The position numbers were made by a program, and so were the translations under genes. A model generated the notes under the pieces. It saw only the letters and a list, made by a program, of their open reading frames with translations, was not told the origin of the DNA and ran no database searches. Shown piece by piece: positions 37,155-47,496 of a stretch of DNA of 64,000 nt (position 1 is its first letter; the number at the start of each line of letters is the position of its first letter). The DNA comes from Nitrospira sp. (GTDB lineage: Bacteria; Nitrospirota; Nitrospiria; Nitrospirales; Nitrospiraceae), in NCBI GenBank assembly GCA_047150005.1, contig AP038806.1, positions 3,456,001 to 3,520,000 on the forward strand, read 5' to 3'.

Positions 37155-38249
37155 CTACGCCTGCGGCGGCTGCTCGCGCATGATGGTGCAGAACAGTTTG
37201 GTCAGAGCCGGGTCGAAGGCGGTGCCGCCTTGGCGCTCGATCTCGTCGATCGCGGACTTGACGGTGAGCGGAGTCGCTCCCGGCCGTTCCGCGGTGAGTT
37301 CGTCGAAGCCCTGAGCGAGCGAGACGATGCGAGCCAGGAGCGGGATGCGTTCGCCCTGCAATCCGAACGGGTGACCCGTGCCGTCCCATCGTTCGTGATG
37401 GAGGGCGATGATTTGCACGGCGTCGATCGGCAGACCCAAAGCGCGTCCGATCCGCGCTCCCAGGTCGGTACGGTGGACGTCGCGGCGAGATTCGTGCTGC
37501 AGGGCTTGACCGTCCGCCGTGTGGATGAGGTCCAGATCGTGAGCGAGCGCGCCGAGGGACAGGATGTTTTGCTCGGGCAACGATAGCTGTAATCGGTTCG
37601 CGGTTAGCGAGGCATAGAAGCTGACGCGATTGCCGTGATTCACCAGATAGCGGTCCCGTGCTTCCAGCAAATCGGACAGCAACTGTATAAGGGAGGCCGT
37701 TTCACCGATGTGAGACGGCTGCAAGACTGTCCCGTTGGTCTGCTGGGGGGCCGCATAGGCCGCGGCGAGCTTGCGCCAGGCGGCTGAGCAACCAGGTTCT
37801 GGTCCCCAGAGTGCGCTGTCCTCTGTCAGCAGAATGCGCAGCCGATCGAGCCGCTGCTTTTTCTGCGCGGTCTGCAGACTGATCGTAAGCAATTCCGAGG
37901 TGTTGAAGGGTTTCAGCAGGAATCCGGCCGCTCCATGGCGGATGCAGTCCATGGCGGACTGGAGTGAGCCGAAGGCGGTGACCATGATCACCTCGACCTC
38001 TGCGTGGGCTCGCTTGATCTCGGTGAGCAGATCGGCGCCTGAGCCGTCGGGCAGGCGTAGGTCCAGAGTGACGAGATCCACCCCGTGATCGTTGAGAACG
38101 GCCATAGCAGTACGCGCGTTGTCCGCAGTCAAAATGTTGAAATTCTGGCGAAGAGTCTGGGTTAGCGCCGCACGAGGCGCGGCTTCGTCGTCGACGATGA
38201 GCACGGTCGGCTTGGCGTCGGCTGAATAAATCGGGGCGGTGGTCACCAT
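37155..38249 (-). CDS. Response regulator REC + degenerate HD-GYP domain
   Basis: IVDDE, LDLRLPD, KPF; HD, HHERWDGTGHP and IPLLARIV motifs. Confidence 0.88.
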   Translation of the reverse strand: MVTTAPIYSADAKPTVLIVDDEAAPRAALTQTLRQNFNILTADNARTAMAVLNDHGVDLVTLDLRLPDGSGADLLTEIKRAHAEVEVIMVTAFGSLQSAMDCIRHGAAGFLLKPFNTSELLTISLQTAQKKQRLDRLRILLTEDSALWGPEPGCSAAWRKLAAAYAAPQQTNGTVLQPSHIGETASLIQLLSDLLEARDRYLVNHGNRVSFYASLTANRLQLSLPEQNILSLGALAHDLDLIHTADGQALQHESRRDVHRTDLGARIGRALGLPIDAVQIIALHHERWDGTGHPFGLQGERIPLLARIVSLAQGFDELTAERPGATPLTVKSAIDEIERQGGTAFDPALTKLFCTIMREQPPQA

Positions 38250-38347
38250 GCTTTACGTGTAAGCTGAACCCCCGACTTCGTCAAGGAATCAGCGAATCTC
38301 TGTCTTCAGCGCTTGACCTCGTTCGGATCCGGGAATACAGTAACGGC

Positions 38348-38761
38348 ATGCGTTGCGCGATGCGAATGTGGGTACCGCTCTCGCTGGCGGCCATCCTCGT
38401 CGCCGTGCCCGTGTGGGCCGGCGATTCCGAAACCTTCGATCCGGAGGAACCGTTCAATTCTCTGCGCAGCCAACTGTTGTTGGAATCGTTGGCCGGTCAA
38501 GCCTTGGACCTTTTGAGAGATTATCTCGAAATTTCCGCCGATGCGCCGTCAGGAACCGACGGAAACGAGGGACGTCAATCGCTCCACTTCAAGTTTTATC
38601 CTGATGGAAAATCCAAGTCGGACCAGTACTTCGCCGCCGAGGGGTGGCTGGGACCTTCACGCGACGAGCAACGGCAGGAACTGCATTTCCGGTTTTCCCT
38701 TCCTGGTTCGAAGCGATCCGTCGAGAAATCCGATCGGTCTCGACCGGACAACGTGCTCTAG
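38348..38761 (+). CDS. Exported hypothetical protein
   Basis: Signal peptide ending VWA|GD; start may be 38360 or 38366. Confidence 0.6.
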   Translation: MRCAMRMWVPLSLAAILVAVPVWAGDSETFDPEEPFNSLRSQLLLESLAGQALDLLRDYLEISADAPSGTDGNEGRQSLHFKFYPDGKSKSDQYFAAEGWLGPSRDEQRQELHFRFSLPGSKRSVEKSDRSRPDNVL

Positions 38762-38998
38762 CTGGTCGTTCCCTCTTTGGCATTCTGCTCCCGGCCTGTC
38801 CGTTCCCCAATCCGTACCCGCCTGCATTCCCGCTCGTCGGTCTCGGCAAGGCACGCGAATGGGGTTGGAATGCGGCCATTATGATGCGGCGGCGCGGACC
38901 GCAAAGCGACTGCTGCCGGGATTCTTCTCTAGGCTTCTTCCAGCGGACTTCGGTATAATTCGCCCTCTCCCTCACATGGATTGACTAGGAGGACCCTC

Positions 38999-40093
38999 AT
39001 GGCCGAAAAAGACGACAAGAAGCGCGCGCTTGAGTTGGCTCTGTCCCAGATTGAGAAACAGTATGGGAAGGGAGCCATTATGAAGCTGGGCGACGCGGAG
39101 ACCACCGCTGAGGTTCCGGCCATCTCCACGGGCTCATTGGGGCTCGATATCGCCCTCGGAGTCGGCGGGTTTCCCCGCGGCCGGGTCATCGAGATTTTCG
39201 GCCCAGAAGCGTCCGGGAAAACGACGCTGACGCTCCACGCGATCGCCGAAGTGCAGAAGACGGGCGGCGTCGCGGCCTTCATCGACGCCGAACATGCCTT
39301 GGACTTGACCTACGCCAAAAAACTCGGCGTGCAAGCCGACGATTTGCTTGTCTCGCAGCCGGATACGGGCGAACAGGCCTTGGAGATCGCCGAAACCCTG
39401 GTGAGAAGCGGCGCGATCGACCTGATTGTGGTCGATTCGGTGGCGGCACTGACTCCGCGGGCCGAGATCGAAGGCGAAATGGGCGACGCGCACATGGGTC
39501 TGCAGGCGCGATTGATGTCGCAAGCGCTGCGGAAGCTGACCGGCGCCATCGCGAAGTCGCAGACGACGGTGATTTTCATCAATCAAATCCGCATGAAACT
39601 GGGCGTCATGTTCGGAAATCCCGAGACGACGACCGGCGGCAACGCCCTGAAGTTCTATTCCTCCGTCCGGCTCGACATCCGCCGCATCGAGTCGCTTAAA
39701 GAGGGGCAGGACGTGGTGGGGAGCCGGGTTCGCGTGAAGGTGGTCAAGAACAAGATGGCGCCGCCGTTCAAGCAGGCGGAATTCGACATCCTGTTTGCTC
39801 AAGGCATTTCCAAGAGCGGAGAGCTGGTCGATTTGGGCGTGGATCGAAAAGTGCTGGAAAAGTCCGGCGCCTGGTATTCCTATCGGGCCGAGCGCCTTGG
39901 GCAGGGTCGGGATGCGGTCCGTGATTTTCTTCACACGAATCAGCCGTTGGCGCGCGAGATCGAGGCGAAGCTGCGCGAACTGGCTGGTCTGCCGGGGCGA
40001 GGGACGGAGAAACCCGCCGCCGCGCCGGCGAAGGAAGAGCGGCGGGCCGAGGAGAAACGCGAAGAGCGTCGGCCTCACAAGGTCGGCGTGTGA
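38999..40093 (+). CDS. recA: Recombinase RecA
   Basis: [41 protein letters not shown] at 38954. Confidence 0.99.
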   Translation: MAEKDDKKRALELALSQIEKQYGKGAIMKLGDAETTAEVPAISTGSLGLDIALGVGGFPRGRVIEIFGPEASGKTTLTLHAIAEVQKTGGVAAFIDAEHALDLTYAKKLGVQADDLLVSQPDTGEQALEIAETLVRSGAIDLIVVDSVAALTPRAEIEGEMGDAHMGLQARLMSQALRKLTGAIAKSQTTVIFINQIRMKLGVMFGNPETTTGGNALKFYSSVRLDIRRIESLKEGQDVVGSRVRVKVVKNKMAPPFKQAEFDILFAQGISKSGELVDLGVDRKVLEKSGAWYSYRAERLGQGRDAVRDFLHTNQPLAREIEAKLRELAGLPGRGTEKPAAAPAKEERRAEEKREERRPHKVGV

Positions 40094-40647
40094 GGAGACC
40101 GACCGCGCCTATGCCGCGCAAGATCGATCAGGCGAGGGTTTCGGTGACGGCGCGGGCGAATCAGGCGGATCGTGCCGATCCCTGGTTCAACCCCGCCGTG
40201 CGGTATTTGGCGCGGTTCGATCGGACGACGACGCAGATCGAGGCGTTTCTTCGGGCGAGAGGCGGATCACGGGCTCAGATCGCACGCACGATCCGGCGCC
40301 TGACGGCGCTGCGATATCTGGATGATTCGGCCTATGCCGAGCGTTGGATCGCATCCCGGCTGACGAGAGGCCCGTTCGGGAGGGTTCGGCTGAGGGCCGA
40401 GCTTCTCCGGAGGGGACTTTCCGAGGATATGATCGATGGCGCGCTGCATCGCGCGCTGGGCGAGGTCGACGAGGAGACGCTGGCTCGCCGCACGGTGGGG
40501 TTGAAGCAACGGCGCGGCCGCAGTTTGAGCCGCCAACAAACGCTCCGCCTCCTACGTCAGCGGGGTTTTGAAGAGGACGTCATCTCCCGTATTATAGGAG
40601 AATGGCCGGAGACGGAGAGGGTCGACGATGAAGAACAGTACCGATGA
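40090..40647 (+). CDS. recX: Regulatory protein RecX
   Basis: [28 protein letters not shown]; follows recA. Start may be ATG 40111. Confidence 0.88.
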   Translation: MRRPTAPMPRKIDQARVSVTARANQADRADPWFNPAVRYLARFDRTTTQIEAFLRARGGSRAQIARTIRRLTALRYLDDSAYAERWIASRLTRGPFGRVRLRAELLRRGLSEDMIDGALHRALGEVDEETLARRTVGLKQRRGRSLSRQQTLRLLRQRGFEEDVISRIIGEWPETERVDDEEQYR

Positions 40648-43261
40648 ACTGCGGCGAAGTTTCCACCGCTACTTCGAACAACACGGGCATCGGTCCATTC
40701 CAAGCTCGCCGCTGATTCCGCAAGCAGATCCCACGTTACTCTTCACCAACGCGGGGATGAATCAATTCAAGCGGGTGTTCCTGGGCGAGGAGAGTCGCGC
40801 GTACAAACGGGCGGTGACGGTGCAAAAGTGTCTCCGGGCCGGAGGCAAACATAATGATTTGGAGAACGTCGGATACACTCGCCGACACCACACTTTTTTC
40901 GAGATGCTGGGCAACTTTTCGTTCGGAGACTATTTCAAGGCCGACGCCATCTTGTTTGCCTGGGAGTTCCTGACGAAATCGGTTGGGCTCGATCGCTCCC
41001 GCCTGTGGGTCACGATATTTCGCGAGGACGATGAAGCCGACGAGCTCTGGCGGAAGATCGGCGTGTCTCCGTCCCGCATCATGCGGTTCGGCGAGAAGGA
41101 TAATTTCTGGCAGATGGCGGATACCGGTCCCTGCGGACCCTGCTCGGAAATTCACTTCGATCAAGGGACGTCGGTTCCCGGCGACGACACCCCGAATGCG
41201 GCCGGAGACCGGGTCATTGAAATCTGGAACTTGGTGTTCATGCAGTACAACCGCGATGCTTCCGGCACGCTGCATCCTCTGCCAAAACCGAGCATCGACA
41301 CCGGGATGGGCCTCGAACGATTGGCCGCCGTGGCTCAAGGGGTCTACAGCAACTATGACAGCGACCTCTTCACGCCGCTGCTCTCGGCAATCGCTCGTCG
41401 TGCCGGAATTGCGTACGGCAGCAAGGAGGAGACGGACCGGTCGATGCGAGTCATCGCCGATCACTTGCGGGCCGTGACCTTTCTGATGACCGACGGCGTG
41501 CTGCCCTCCAACGAAGGGCGCGGCTATGTCTTGCGCCGCATCGTGCGTCGAGCCGCGAGGCACGGTCGGTTGCTCGGGATTGTCGAGCCGTTCCTGCACG
41601 AGCTGACCGCGGCGGTGGTGGAAAACATGGGAGACGCCTACCCCGAATTGAGAAGCGCGGCGGGAACGGTGGCCGAGGCGACAAGAGGAGAAGAAGAACG
41701 GTTCATCGCCACCTTGGATCAGGGATTGCCGATCCTGACCGATCTGGTAGACAAGACACGGTCGGCGGGCCGCACGGAGCTGGCCGGCGCCGATGTCTTC
41801 AAACTGTACGACACGTATGGGTTCCCCTTGGATCTGATCGGCGAAGCCTGCCGTGAGCAGGGTTTGACGATGGACGAAGAGGGGTTCGACCGGGCCATCG
41901 AAGAGCAGCGAAATCGCGCGCGGAAGACCGGAGGATTCGAACAGGAAACGGCGAGGCCCGGAGTGGCGGAATTGGCCGGACAGGTCGGCGCGACCACATT
42001 CGTCGGCTATGACCGGTTGGAATCGGACAGCGTGCTGCTGGCCATCTTGAAAGGAGATCGGATCGTCACGGAAGCGGCGGAAGGCGACGAAGTCGAGGTG
42101 GTGCTGGACGTCACGCCGTTTTACGCGGAGGGCGGGGGCCAGGTCGGCGATCAAGGTGTGCTGCTCGGGCTTGAAGGGCGTCTGGACGTCAAGGATACGA
42201 CCAGGCCGGCGCCGGCCCTCATTCTTCATAAGGGAACGGTAAGCAAAGGACGGATCAAACAGGGCGAGCCGCTTCGGGTACAAGTGAACGGCATGAACAG
42301 GCAGGATGCGGCGCGCAACCATACGGCGACCCATTTGGTTCATGCGGCCTTGCGGGATTTGCTGGGGCCCCACGTCAAACAGTACGGGTCGTTGGTGGCG
42401 CCTAACCGGTTGCGGTTCGACTTCGCGCATTTCCGGCCCCTATCGTCTCGAGATATCGACGAGATCGAGACGACCGTCAATGCCGAGATCAGAAACAACG
42501 AAGCCGTGCGGACCGAGGTCATGAGCATTCAGGACGCGGTGGCGAACGGCGCGTTGGCCTTCTTCGGCGACAAATATGGCGAGCAGGTACGGGTGGTGAC
42601 GGTCGAATCGTTCAGCAAAGAATTGTGCGGAGGTACTCATTGCCGCCACACCGGCGAGATCGGTCTGTTTCGAATCGTCTCCGAAACCGGTGTCGCGGCC
42701 GGGGTCAGGCGGATCGAGGCGCAGACGGGCAGTGGCGCGCTGGCCATGTGGAGAAAGCTTGAGGCGGAAGTGCGGGAGCTCTCCGATCTCTTGAAGGTCG
42801 GACAACCTGAATTGGTGTCCAAGACACGCAAGCTGATGACCCAACTCAAGGATAAAGAGCGAGAACTCGAAGAGCTGAAGTTGAAGATGGCCAGCGGCTC
42901 TTCCGTGGCCTCCACGGTGAGGACCGTGGCCGGGGTGTCCGTCCACGTCCAACGGGCGGACGGTATGGACATGGGCGGCCTTCGAGCCTTGGCCGATCAG
43001 ATTCGCGACAAGCTGCGGAGCGGCGTCGTCGCGTTGGGAGCCGCGACGGACGACGGCAAAGTTGCCTTGCTCGTGGTGGTGACTAAGGATCTTGCCGGTA
43101 AGATCAAGGCCGGCGACCTGATCAAGCTCATGGCGGCCGAAGTCGGTGGGACCGGCGGCGGGCGGCCGGAGATGGCTCAGGCGGGAGGGAAGGATCCGGC
43201 CAAACTGGATCGCGCGCTGGAAATGGTCTTTGATCTGGTTGAACGGGCGCAGCAGCGGTAA
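40628..43261 (+). CDS. alaS: Alanine--tRNA ligase
   Basis: LLFTNAGMNQFK, HHTFFEMLGNFSFGDYFK, HTATH, ELCGGTH, GGGRPEMAQAGG. Confidence 0.99.
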   Translation: MKNSTDELRRSFHRYFEQHGHRSIPSSPLIPQADPTLLFTNAGMNQFKRVFLGEESRAYKRAVTVQKCLRAGGKHNDLENVGYTRRHHTFFEMLGNFSFGDYFKADAILFAWEFLTKSVGLDRSRLWVTIFREDDEADELWRKIGVSPSRIMRFGEKDNFWQMADTGPCGPCSEIHFDQGTSVPGDDTPNAAGDRVIEIWNLVFMQYNRDASGTLHPLPKPSIDTGMGLERLAAVAQGVYSNYDSDLFTPLLSAIARRAGIAYGSKEETDRSMRVIADHLRAVTFLMTDGVLPSNEGRGYVLRRIVRRAARHGRLLGIVEPFLHELTAAVVENMGDAYPELRSAAGTVAEATRGEEERFIATLDQGLPILTDLVDKTRSAGRTELAGADVFKLYDTYGFPLDLIGEACREQGLTMDEEGFDRAIEEQRNRARKTGGFEQETARPGVAELAGQVGATTFVGYDRLESDSVLLAILKGDRIVTEAAEGDEVEVVLDVTPFYAEGGGQVGDQGVLLGLEGRLDVKDTTRPAPALILHKGTVSKGRIKQGEPLRVQVNGMNRQDAARNHTATHLVHAALRDLLGPHVKQYGSLVAPNRLRFDFAHFRPLSSRDIDEIETTVNAEIRNNEAVRTEVMSIQDAVANGALAFFGDKYGEQVRVVTVESFSKELCGGTHCRHTGEIGLFRIVSETGVAAGVRRIEAQTGSGALAMWRKLEAEVRELSDLLKVGQPELVSKTRKLMTQLKDKERELEELKLKMASGSSVASTVRTVAGVSVHVQRADGMDMGGLRALADQIRDKLRSGVVALGAATDDGKVALLVVVTKDLAGKIKAGDLIKLMAAEVGGTGGGRPEMAQAGGKDPAKLDRALEMVFDLVERAQQR

Positions 43262-43265
43262 ACTT

Positions 43266-43829
43266 ATGCAAGGCCGACGTATCTTGGCCCTCGATTACGG
43301 AACCAAGCGGATCGGGGTCGCCCTCAGCGATGAGTTGGGCTGGACCGCACAGCCGCTCGAGACGTTTGAGCGCCGCACCCTTGATCGGGATATCGAACAT
43401 GTCGCCTCGCTGGTCGGTGCCCACGAAGTCGGACGGGTGGTCCTGGGGTTTCCGCTTCAGTTGGACGGACGGGAAGGGCCGGCGGTTCAGGCGATGCGGC
43501 AATTCGTCGACCGTCTGGAACGACGTCTGCCGGTGCCGGTCGTCCTCTGGGACGAACGGATGACGACCAAGGCGGCGGAGGACTTGCTGATCGCCGCCGA
43601 TGTGAGCCGGAAGAAGCGCAAGGGCGTCGTCGATCGTGTGGCCGCCGCGATCTTGTTGCAAAGTTATCTGGCGAGCCTGGCGCCACCGCCTTCCGGCGCA
43701 GACGGCGATTCCGATTTCGAGGAGGCATCGCTCGCACACGCTCATGACATCCCGGATCACCCTCATGCTGCTCCTGTCCGTGGTCGTCGCGCTGGGCGTG
43801 GCCGTCTATCGCGTGATGAAATGGGCTGA
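43266..43829 (+). CDS. ruvX: Holliday junction resolvase-like / pre-16S rRNA nuclease RuvX (YqgF)
   Basis: LALDYGTKRIGVA, WDERMTT and VDRVAAAILLQ motifs. Confidence 0.95.
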   Translation: MQGRRILALDYGTKRIGVALSDELGWTAQPLETFERRTLDRDIEHVASLVGAHEVGRVVLGFPLQLDGREGPAVQAMRQFVDRLERRLPVPVVLWDERMTTKAAEDLLIAADVSRKKRKGVVDRVAAAILLQSYLASLAPPPSGADGDSDFEEASLAHAHDIPDHPHAAPVRGRRAGRGRLSRDEMG

Positions 43830-44778
43830 AGCGCCGGTCGTTTCCGATCAGGACCATCCCGCTTCCAAAGTCGTGACGATTCCAGATCGCTCCACGTTTT
43901 TCCAAGTCGCAACCCTGCTCGAACAAGAAGGTTTGATCAAGAGCCGCTCGGCCTTTGTCCTGCTGGGACGGTCCCAGTCGGCGGACAGGCGGATCCGCGC
44001 CGGAGAATATGAACTCAATTCAGCGATGGCGCCGGCGGACATTCTTGCCAAGTTGCTCAGCGGGCAGGTGGTCCTGCACCCGATCACCGTACCGGAAGGG
44101 CTGGCCATGGTACAGATCGCCGCGTTGATGGAGCAGCATGAGGTCGCGGACCGGACCGACTTTCTGAAACTGGCGCGGGATGGTTCGTTCATCGCGTCGT
44201 TGGGTCTGAAGGTGGACAGCCTGGAAGGCTATCTCTTTCCGGATACCTACAAGTTTCCCAAGGCCGTCAGAACGAAGGACATCCTTGCGACCATGGTGGA
44301 GCATTTTCGACAGGCGTATCGTCCGGAGTTGCAGGCAAGGGCCGACGACATGAGGATGACGCAACATGAGGTCGTCACGCTTGCCTCGGTCATCGAGAAA
44401 GAAACCGGGGCGGACGCGGAGCGGGCGGAGATCTCCGCAGTCTTTCATAACCGATTGCGCAAGCACATCCCGTTGCAGAGCGATCCGACGGTCATTTACG
44501 GTTTGACCGGCTTCGACGGCAACATCAGGAAGAAAGACCTCTCCAGCCCGAGCCCCTACAATACCTACCGGGTTGTGGGCTTGCCGCCCGGCCCGATCGC
44601 GAGTCCGGGTCTCAGAGCCATCGAAGCGGCATTGTACCCTTCGAATTCACGCGCCCTGTATTTCGTGTCGCGCAACGACGGCACTCACCATTTTTCCTCG
44701 ACGCTCTCCGAGCATAATCAGGCGGTCGAGAAGTATCAGAAACGGCCGTTCAGACGCGGTGCTCTACCGCGCACCTGA
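43744..44778 (+). CDS. mltG: Endolytic transglycosylase MltG
   Basis: LEGYLFPDTY, LASVIEKE, LQSDPT, SPYNTY...GLPPGPI; N-terminal TM. Confidence 0.95.
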   Translation: MTSRITLMLLLSVVVALGVAVYRVMKWAEAPVVSDQDHPASKVVTIPDRSTFFQVATLLEQEGLIKSRSAFVLLGRSQSADRRIRAGEYELNSAMAPADILAKLLSGQVVLHPITVPEGLAMVQIAALMEQHEVADRTDFLKLARDGSFIASLGLKVDSLEGYLFPDTYKFPKAVRTKDILATMVEHFRQAYRPELQARADDMRMTQHEVVTLASVIEKETGADAERAEISAVFHNRLRKHIPLQSDPTVIYGLTGFDGNIRKKDLSSPSPYNTYRVVGLPPGPIASPGLRAIEAALYPSNSRALYFVSRNDGTHHFSSTLSEHNQAVEKYQKRPFRRGALPRT

Positions 44779-44827
44779 TCCGATCCGGATCGAGGGTCTC
44801 TGTTCACCGACTGATGTGGAAAGGAGC

Positions 44828-45511
44828 ATGATGAGCGATGGATCGTGGAATCTGCCCGCGCTGATCGACCATACGCTTCTGCGTCCGGAGGCAACCAGAC
44901 ACGATGTGTTGCGGCTCTGCGAAGAGGCTCGGACGCACGGCTTCCCGGTGATCTTCGTGCCGCCCTGTTATGTCGAGGAGGCGGTGGAGACCGTGGCCGG
45001 TGCCGCGATTCGGGTGGGCATTCCGGTCGGCTTTCCGCTCGGCGGCCACTCGACTGCGGCCAAGGTCGCGGAGGCCGTGGACGGCGTGGCGCGGGGCGCC
45101 ACGGTGGTTGATATGGTGATCAACGTCAGCCGCCTGAAATCGGGCGATGTTGAGGCCGTCCGGCGGGACATTGCCGAGGTCGTGGCGGCGACGGTCTCCG
45201 CGGAGCACAAGGTCATCATCGAGACCTGCTACCTCACGCTAGAGGAAAAGATTACGGCCTGCCGTCTTGCCGTGGAGGCAGGGGCGGACTACGTGAAGAC
45301 TTCGACGGGATTTGGTCCCGCAGGGGCGACCGTGGCCGACGTGAAATTGATGAAGGAGCAGGTCGGCGGGAAGGCCAAAATCAAAGCGTCTGGCGGCATT
45401 AGAAACTGGGCCGTCACGCGAGCGTTGCTGGAAGCGGGAGCCGATCGGATCGGCACGAGCGCCGGCCTGGCGATCGTCGCGGAGTGGAAACAGGAGCGTC
45501 ACGCGCCGTGA
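44828..45511 (+). CDS. deoC: Deoxyribose-phosphate aldolase
   Basis: IDHTLL, GFPLG, VKTSTGF and IKASGG motifs. Confidence 0.97.
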   Translation: MMSDGSWNLPALIDHTLLRPEATRHDVLRLCEEARTHGFPVIFVPPCYVEEAVETVAGAAIRVGIPVGFPLGGHSTAAKVAEAVDGVARGATVVDMVINVSRLKSGDVEAVRRDIAEVVAATVSAEHKVIIETCYLTLEEKITACRLAVEAGADYVKTSTGFGPAGATVADVKLMKEQVGGKAKIKASGGIRNWAVTRALLEAGADRIGTSAGLAIVAEWKQERHAP

Positions 45512-45563
45512 CGAACTGCACGACGTTTCGCCCTGCACCGGCTTCTGTTATAGTGCGCGCATC

Positions 45564-46715
45564 ATGAAGCGCGTCATTCTGTTCGTAGTGGGAGGGTTTG
45601 GAATCGGTGCCCTGCCGGACGCCGACGACTACGCCGATGCCGGGACCAATACCTTGGCGCATCTTGCCGAGGAGACCGGCGGGGTGAATCTCCCCACGCT
45701 GCAATCGTTGGGTCTCGGCCACTTGGGCGGTGTCCGCGGTGTGCGAGTGATGGCACAACCCAGCGGCTGCTTCGCTCGGCTCGCTTTCCAATCCAATGGA
45801 TGTGATTCGCTCCTAGGAAACTGGGAACTGGCCGGATGCATCGTCACTGAGAAAGCGACCGACTATTCGAGCGGTTATCCCGAAAAACTTCAGTCCGAGT
45901 TGGAGCAGATTTTCGGAAAAACCTTGGGCAACCGGGTTGCCTTCGGTCCTGCGCTCCTCCAGGAACTGGCAACGCAGCACCTGTCGTTGAAGGCACCGAT
46001 CCTTTGGACGGACGGTCGACGGACTTGCCATGTCGCCGCACATGAGACCGTGCTGGCGGCGGACCATCTTATGCGCTTGTGCCGGGAAGCCCGCAGGGCC
46101 TTGAAGGAGCCGTGGGGAATTTGGCGGGTTGTGGCCCATCCCATAACGGGACAACCGGGAGCCTGGCGCTACAAATCCGGTCGACGTGATTTTGCCGTTG
46201 AGCCGCCGGCTCAAACCATGTTGGACGTGCTTGGCCGTGCCAATCAGATTCTGATCGGTGTAGGGAAAGTCGGGGATCTGTTCAGCGGCAGAGGATTTAC
46301 CAGGACGCTTCAGTCGGCGTCGTGGACCGCGGCATTTGAAGAAGTCGACGGCATGCTCAACAAAGTGCCGCGTGGTCTGATCTATGCCGGACTGGACGTA
46401 TTTGATGACGAGCCGGCCGGATCCGTGGCGTCGCTCCACGAATTCGATCGACGACTCCCCCATGTGCTCGAGCAGTTGCGGCCGGGGGATCTTCTCATCG
46501 TGACGGGGGATCACGGACGGCATCCCGGCAAGAAACATCGCCTGCCGACCAGGGAATATGTGCCGCTGCTTGTCACCGGGCCCAAGCTGGCTCAGGGAGT
46601 CAATCTTGGCGTGCGCCCGAGCGCCGCCGACCTTGGACAGACCGTCGTGGAAGCGCTCCTCGGTGAGCCGTTGCCGGTAGGAGAGAGTTTCCTGGACGCG
46701 CTCCAGGCGGGGTAG
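45564..46715 (+). CDS. deoB: Phosphopentomutase-like protein with divergent active site
   Basis: GIGALPDA, GVGKVGDLF, TGDHG and TREYVP motifs; follows deoC. Confidence 0.85.
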   Translation: MKRVILFVVGGFGIGALPDADDYADAGTNTLAHLAEETGGVNLPTLQSLGLGHLGGVRGVRVMAQPSGCFARLAFQSNGCDSLLGNWELAGCIVTEKATDYSSGYPEKLQSELEQIFGKTLGNRVAFGPALLQELATQHLSLKAPILWTDGRRTCHVAAHETVLAADHLMRLCREARRALKEPWGIWRVVAHPITGQPGAWRYKSGRRDFAVEPPAQTMLDVLGRANQILIGVGKVGDLFSGRGFTRTLQSASWTAAFEEVDGMLNKVPRGLIYAGLDVFDDEPAGSVASLHEFDRRLPHVLEQLRPGDLLIVTGDHGRHPGKKHRLPTREYVPLLVTGPKLAQGVNLGVRPSAADLGQTVVEALLGEPLPVGESFLDALQAG

Positions 46716-46720
46716 GAATT

Positions 46721-46797
46721 GGGGTAACAGAGGTAGAGGGATAACGGGGCAACGGGTACCCCCTTACCCCTCTAGTATCCCGTTACTCCCTAATCCC
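46721..46797. repeat. Inverted arrays of degenerate octamers
   Basis: ggggtaacagaggtagagggataacggggcaacggg / cccttacccctctagtatcccgttactccctaatccc. Confidence 0.6.
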
Positions 46798-46831
46798 ACG
46801 AGTGCAATCAGACAAGGGGAGCAGAAGGATA

Positions 46832-47290
46832 ATGGGATATGAAGCGAAATTAAAAGAGCTGGGTATCGAATTACCGCAACCTCCGAAGCCGGTCGCCACC
46901 TATGTGCCGGCGGTGCGGACGGGTGATCTGTTGTTCTTGTCCGGCGTGCTGCCGATGCAACAGGGGCAGCTGGCCTGGTCGGGAAAACTCGGCCGCGAAT
47001 TGCGCGTCGAGCAAGGAGTTGAGGCTGCCAGAACGGCGCTGCTCAACGCGCTCGCGATCGCCAAGCAGGAACTCGGCACGCTGGATCGCATCGTGCGCAT
47101 CGTCAAAGTCGTGGGGTATGTCGCGTCCGCCGACGGATTTACCGATCATCCCCAGGTGCTCAACGGCGCATCCGACTTGCTTGTGGCTATTTTCGGCGAA
47201 GCGGGGCGTCACGCCAGAGTGGCGGTCGGGGCGGTGGAGTTGCCTCGCGGCGCGGCCGTCGAAATCGAACTCATTGTGCAGGTCGCCTGA
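46832..47290 (+). CDS. RidA/YjgF-family protein
   Basis: YVPAV, NGASDLL and GRHARVAVG...LP....VEIE motifs. Confidence 0.92.
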   Translation: MGYEAKLKELGIELPQPPKPVATYVPAVRTGDLLFLSGVLPMQQGQLAWSGKLGRELRVEQGVEAARTALLNALAIAKQELGTLDRIVRIVKVVGYVASADGFTDHPQVLNGASDLLVAIFGEAGRHARVAVGAVELPRGAAVEIELIVQVA

Positions 47291-47496
47291 TTGCTGCTTT
47301 GGCCGACGTCACCTTGAGTCCGACCGTCGCAGCGGCGTCGGCTTGACACCCGAAAAAACCGCTTGCTATAGTCCGAAAGCCGCGTTGATTCACGTTGTAC
47401 CCCCCGAACTTCCCTCCTTCTCCGGTGCGTGGGGTTCTCGTGCCACGCAGGGTGGGTTGTGTCCCCGTCCAATCGCAAAGTCGGAGTTCGACAATC

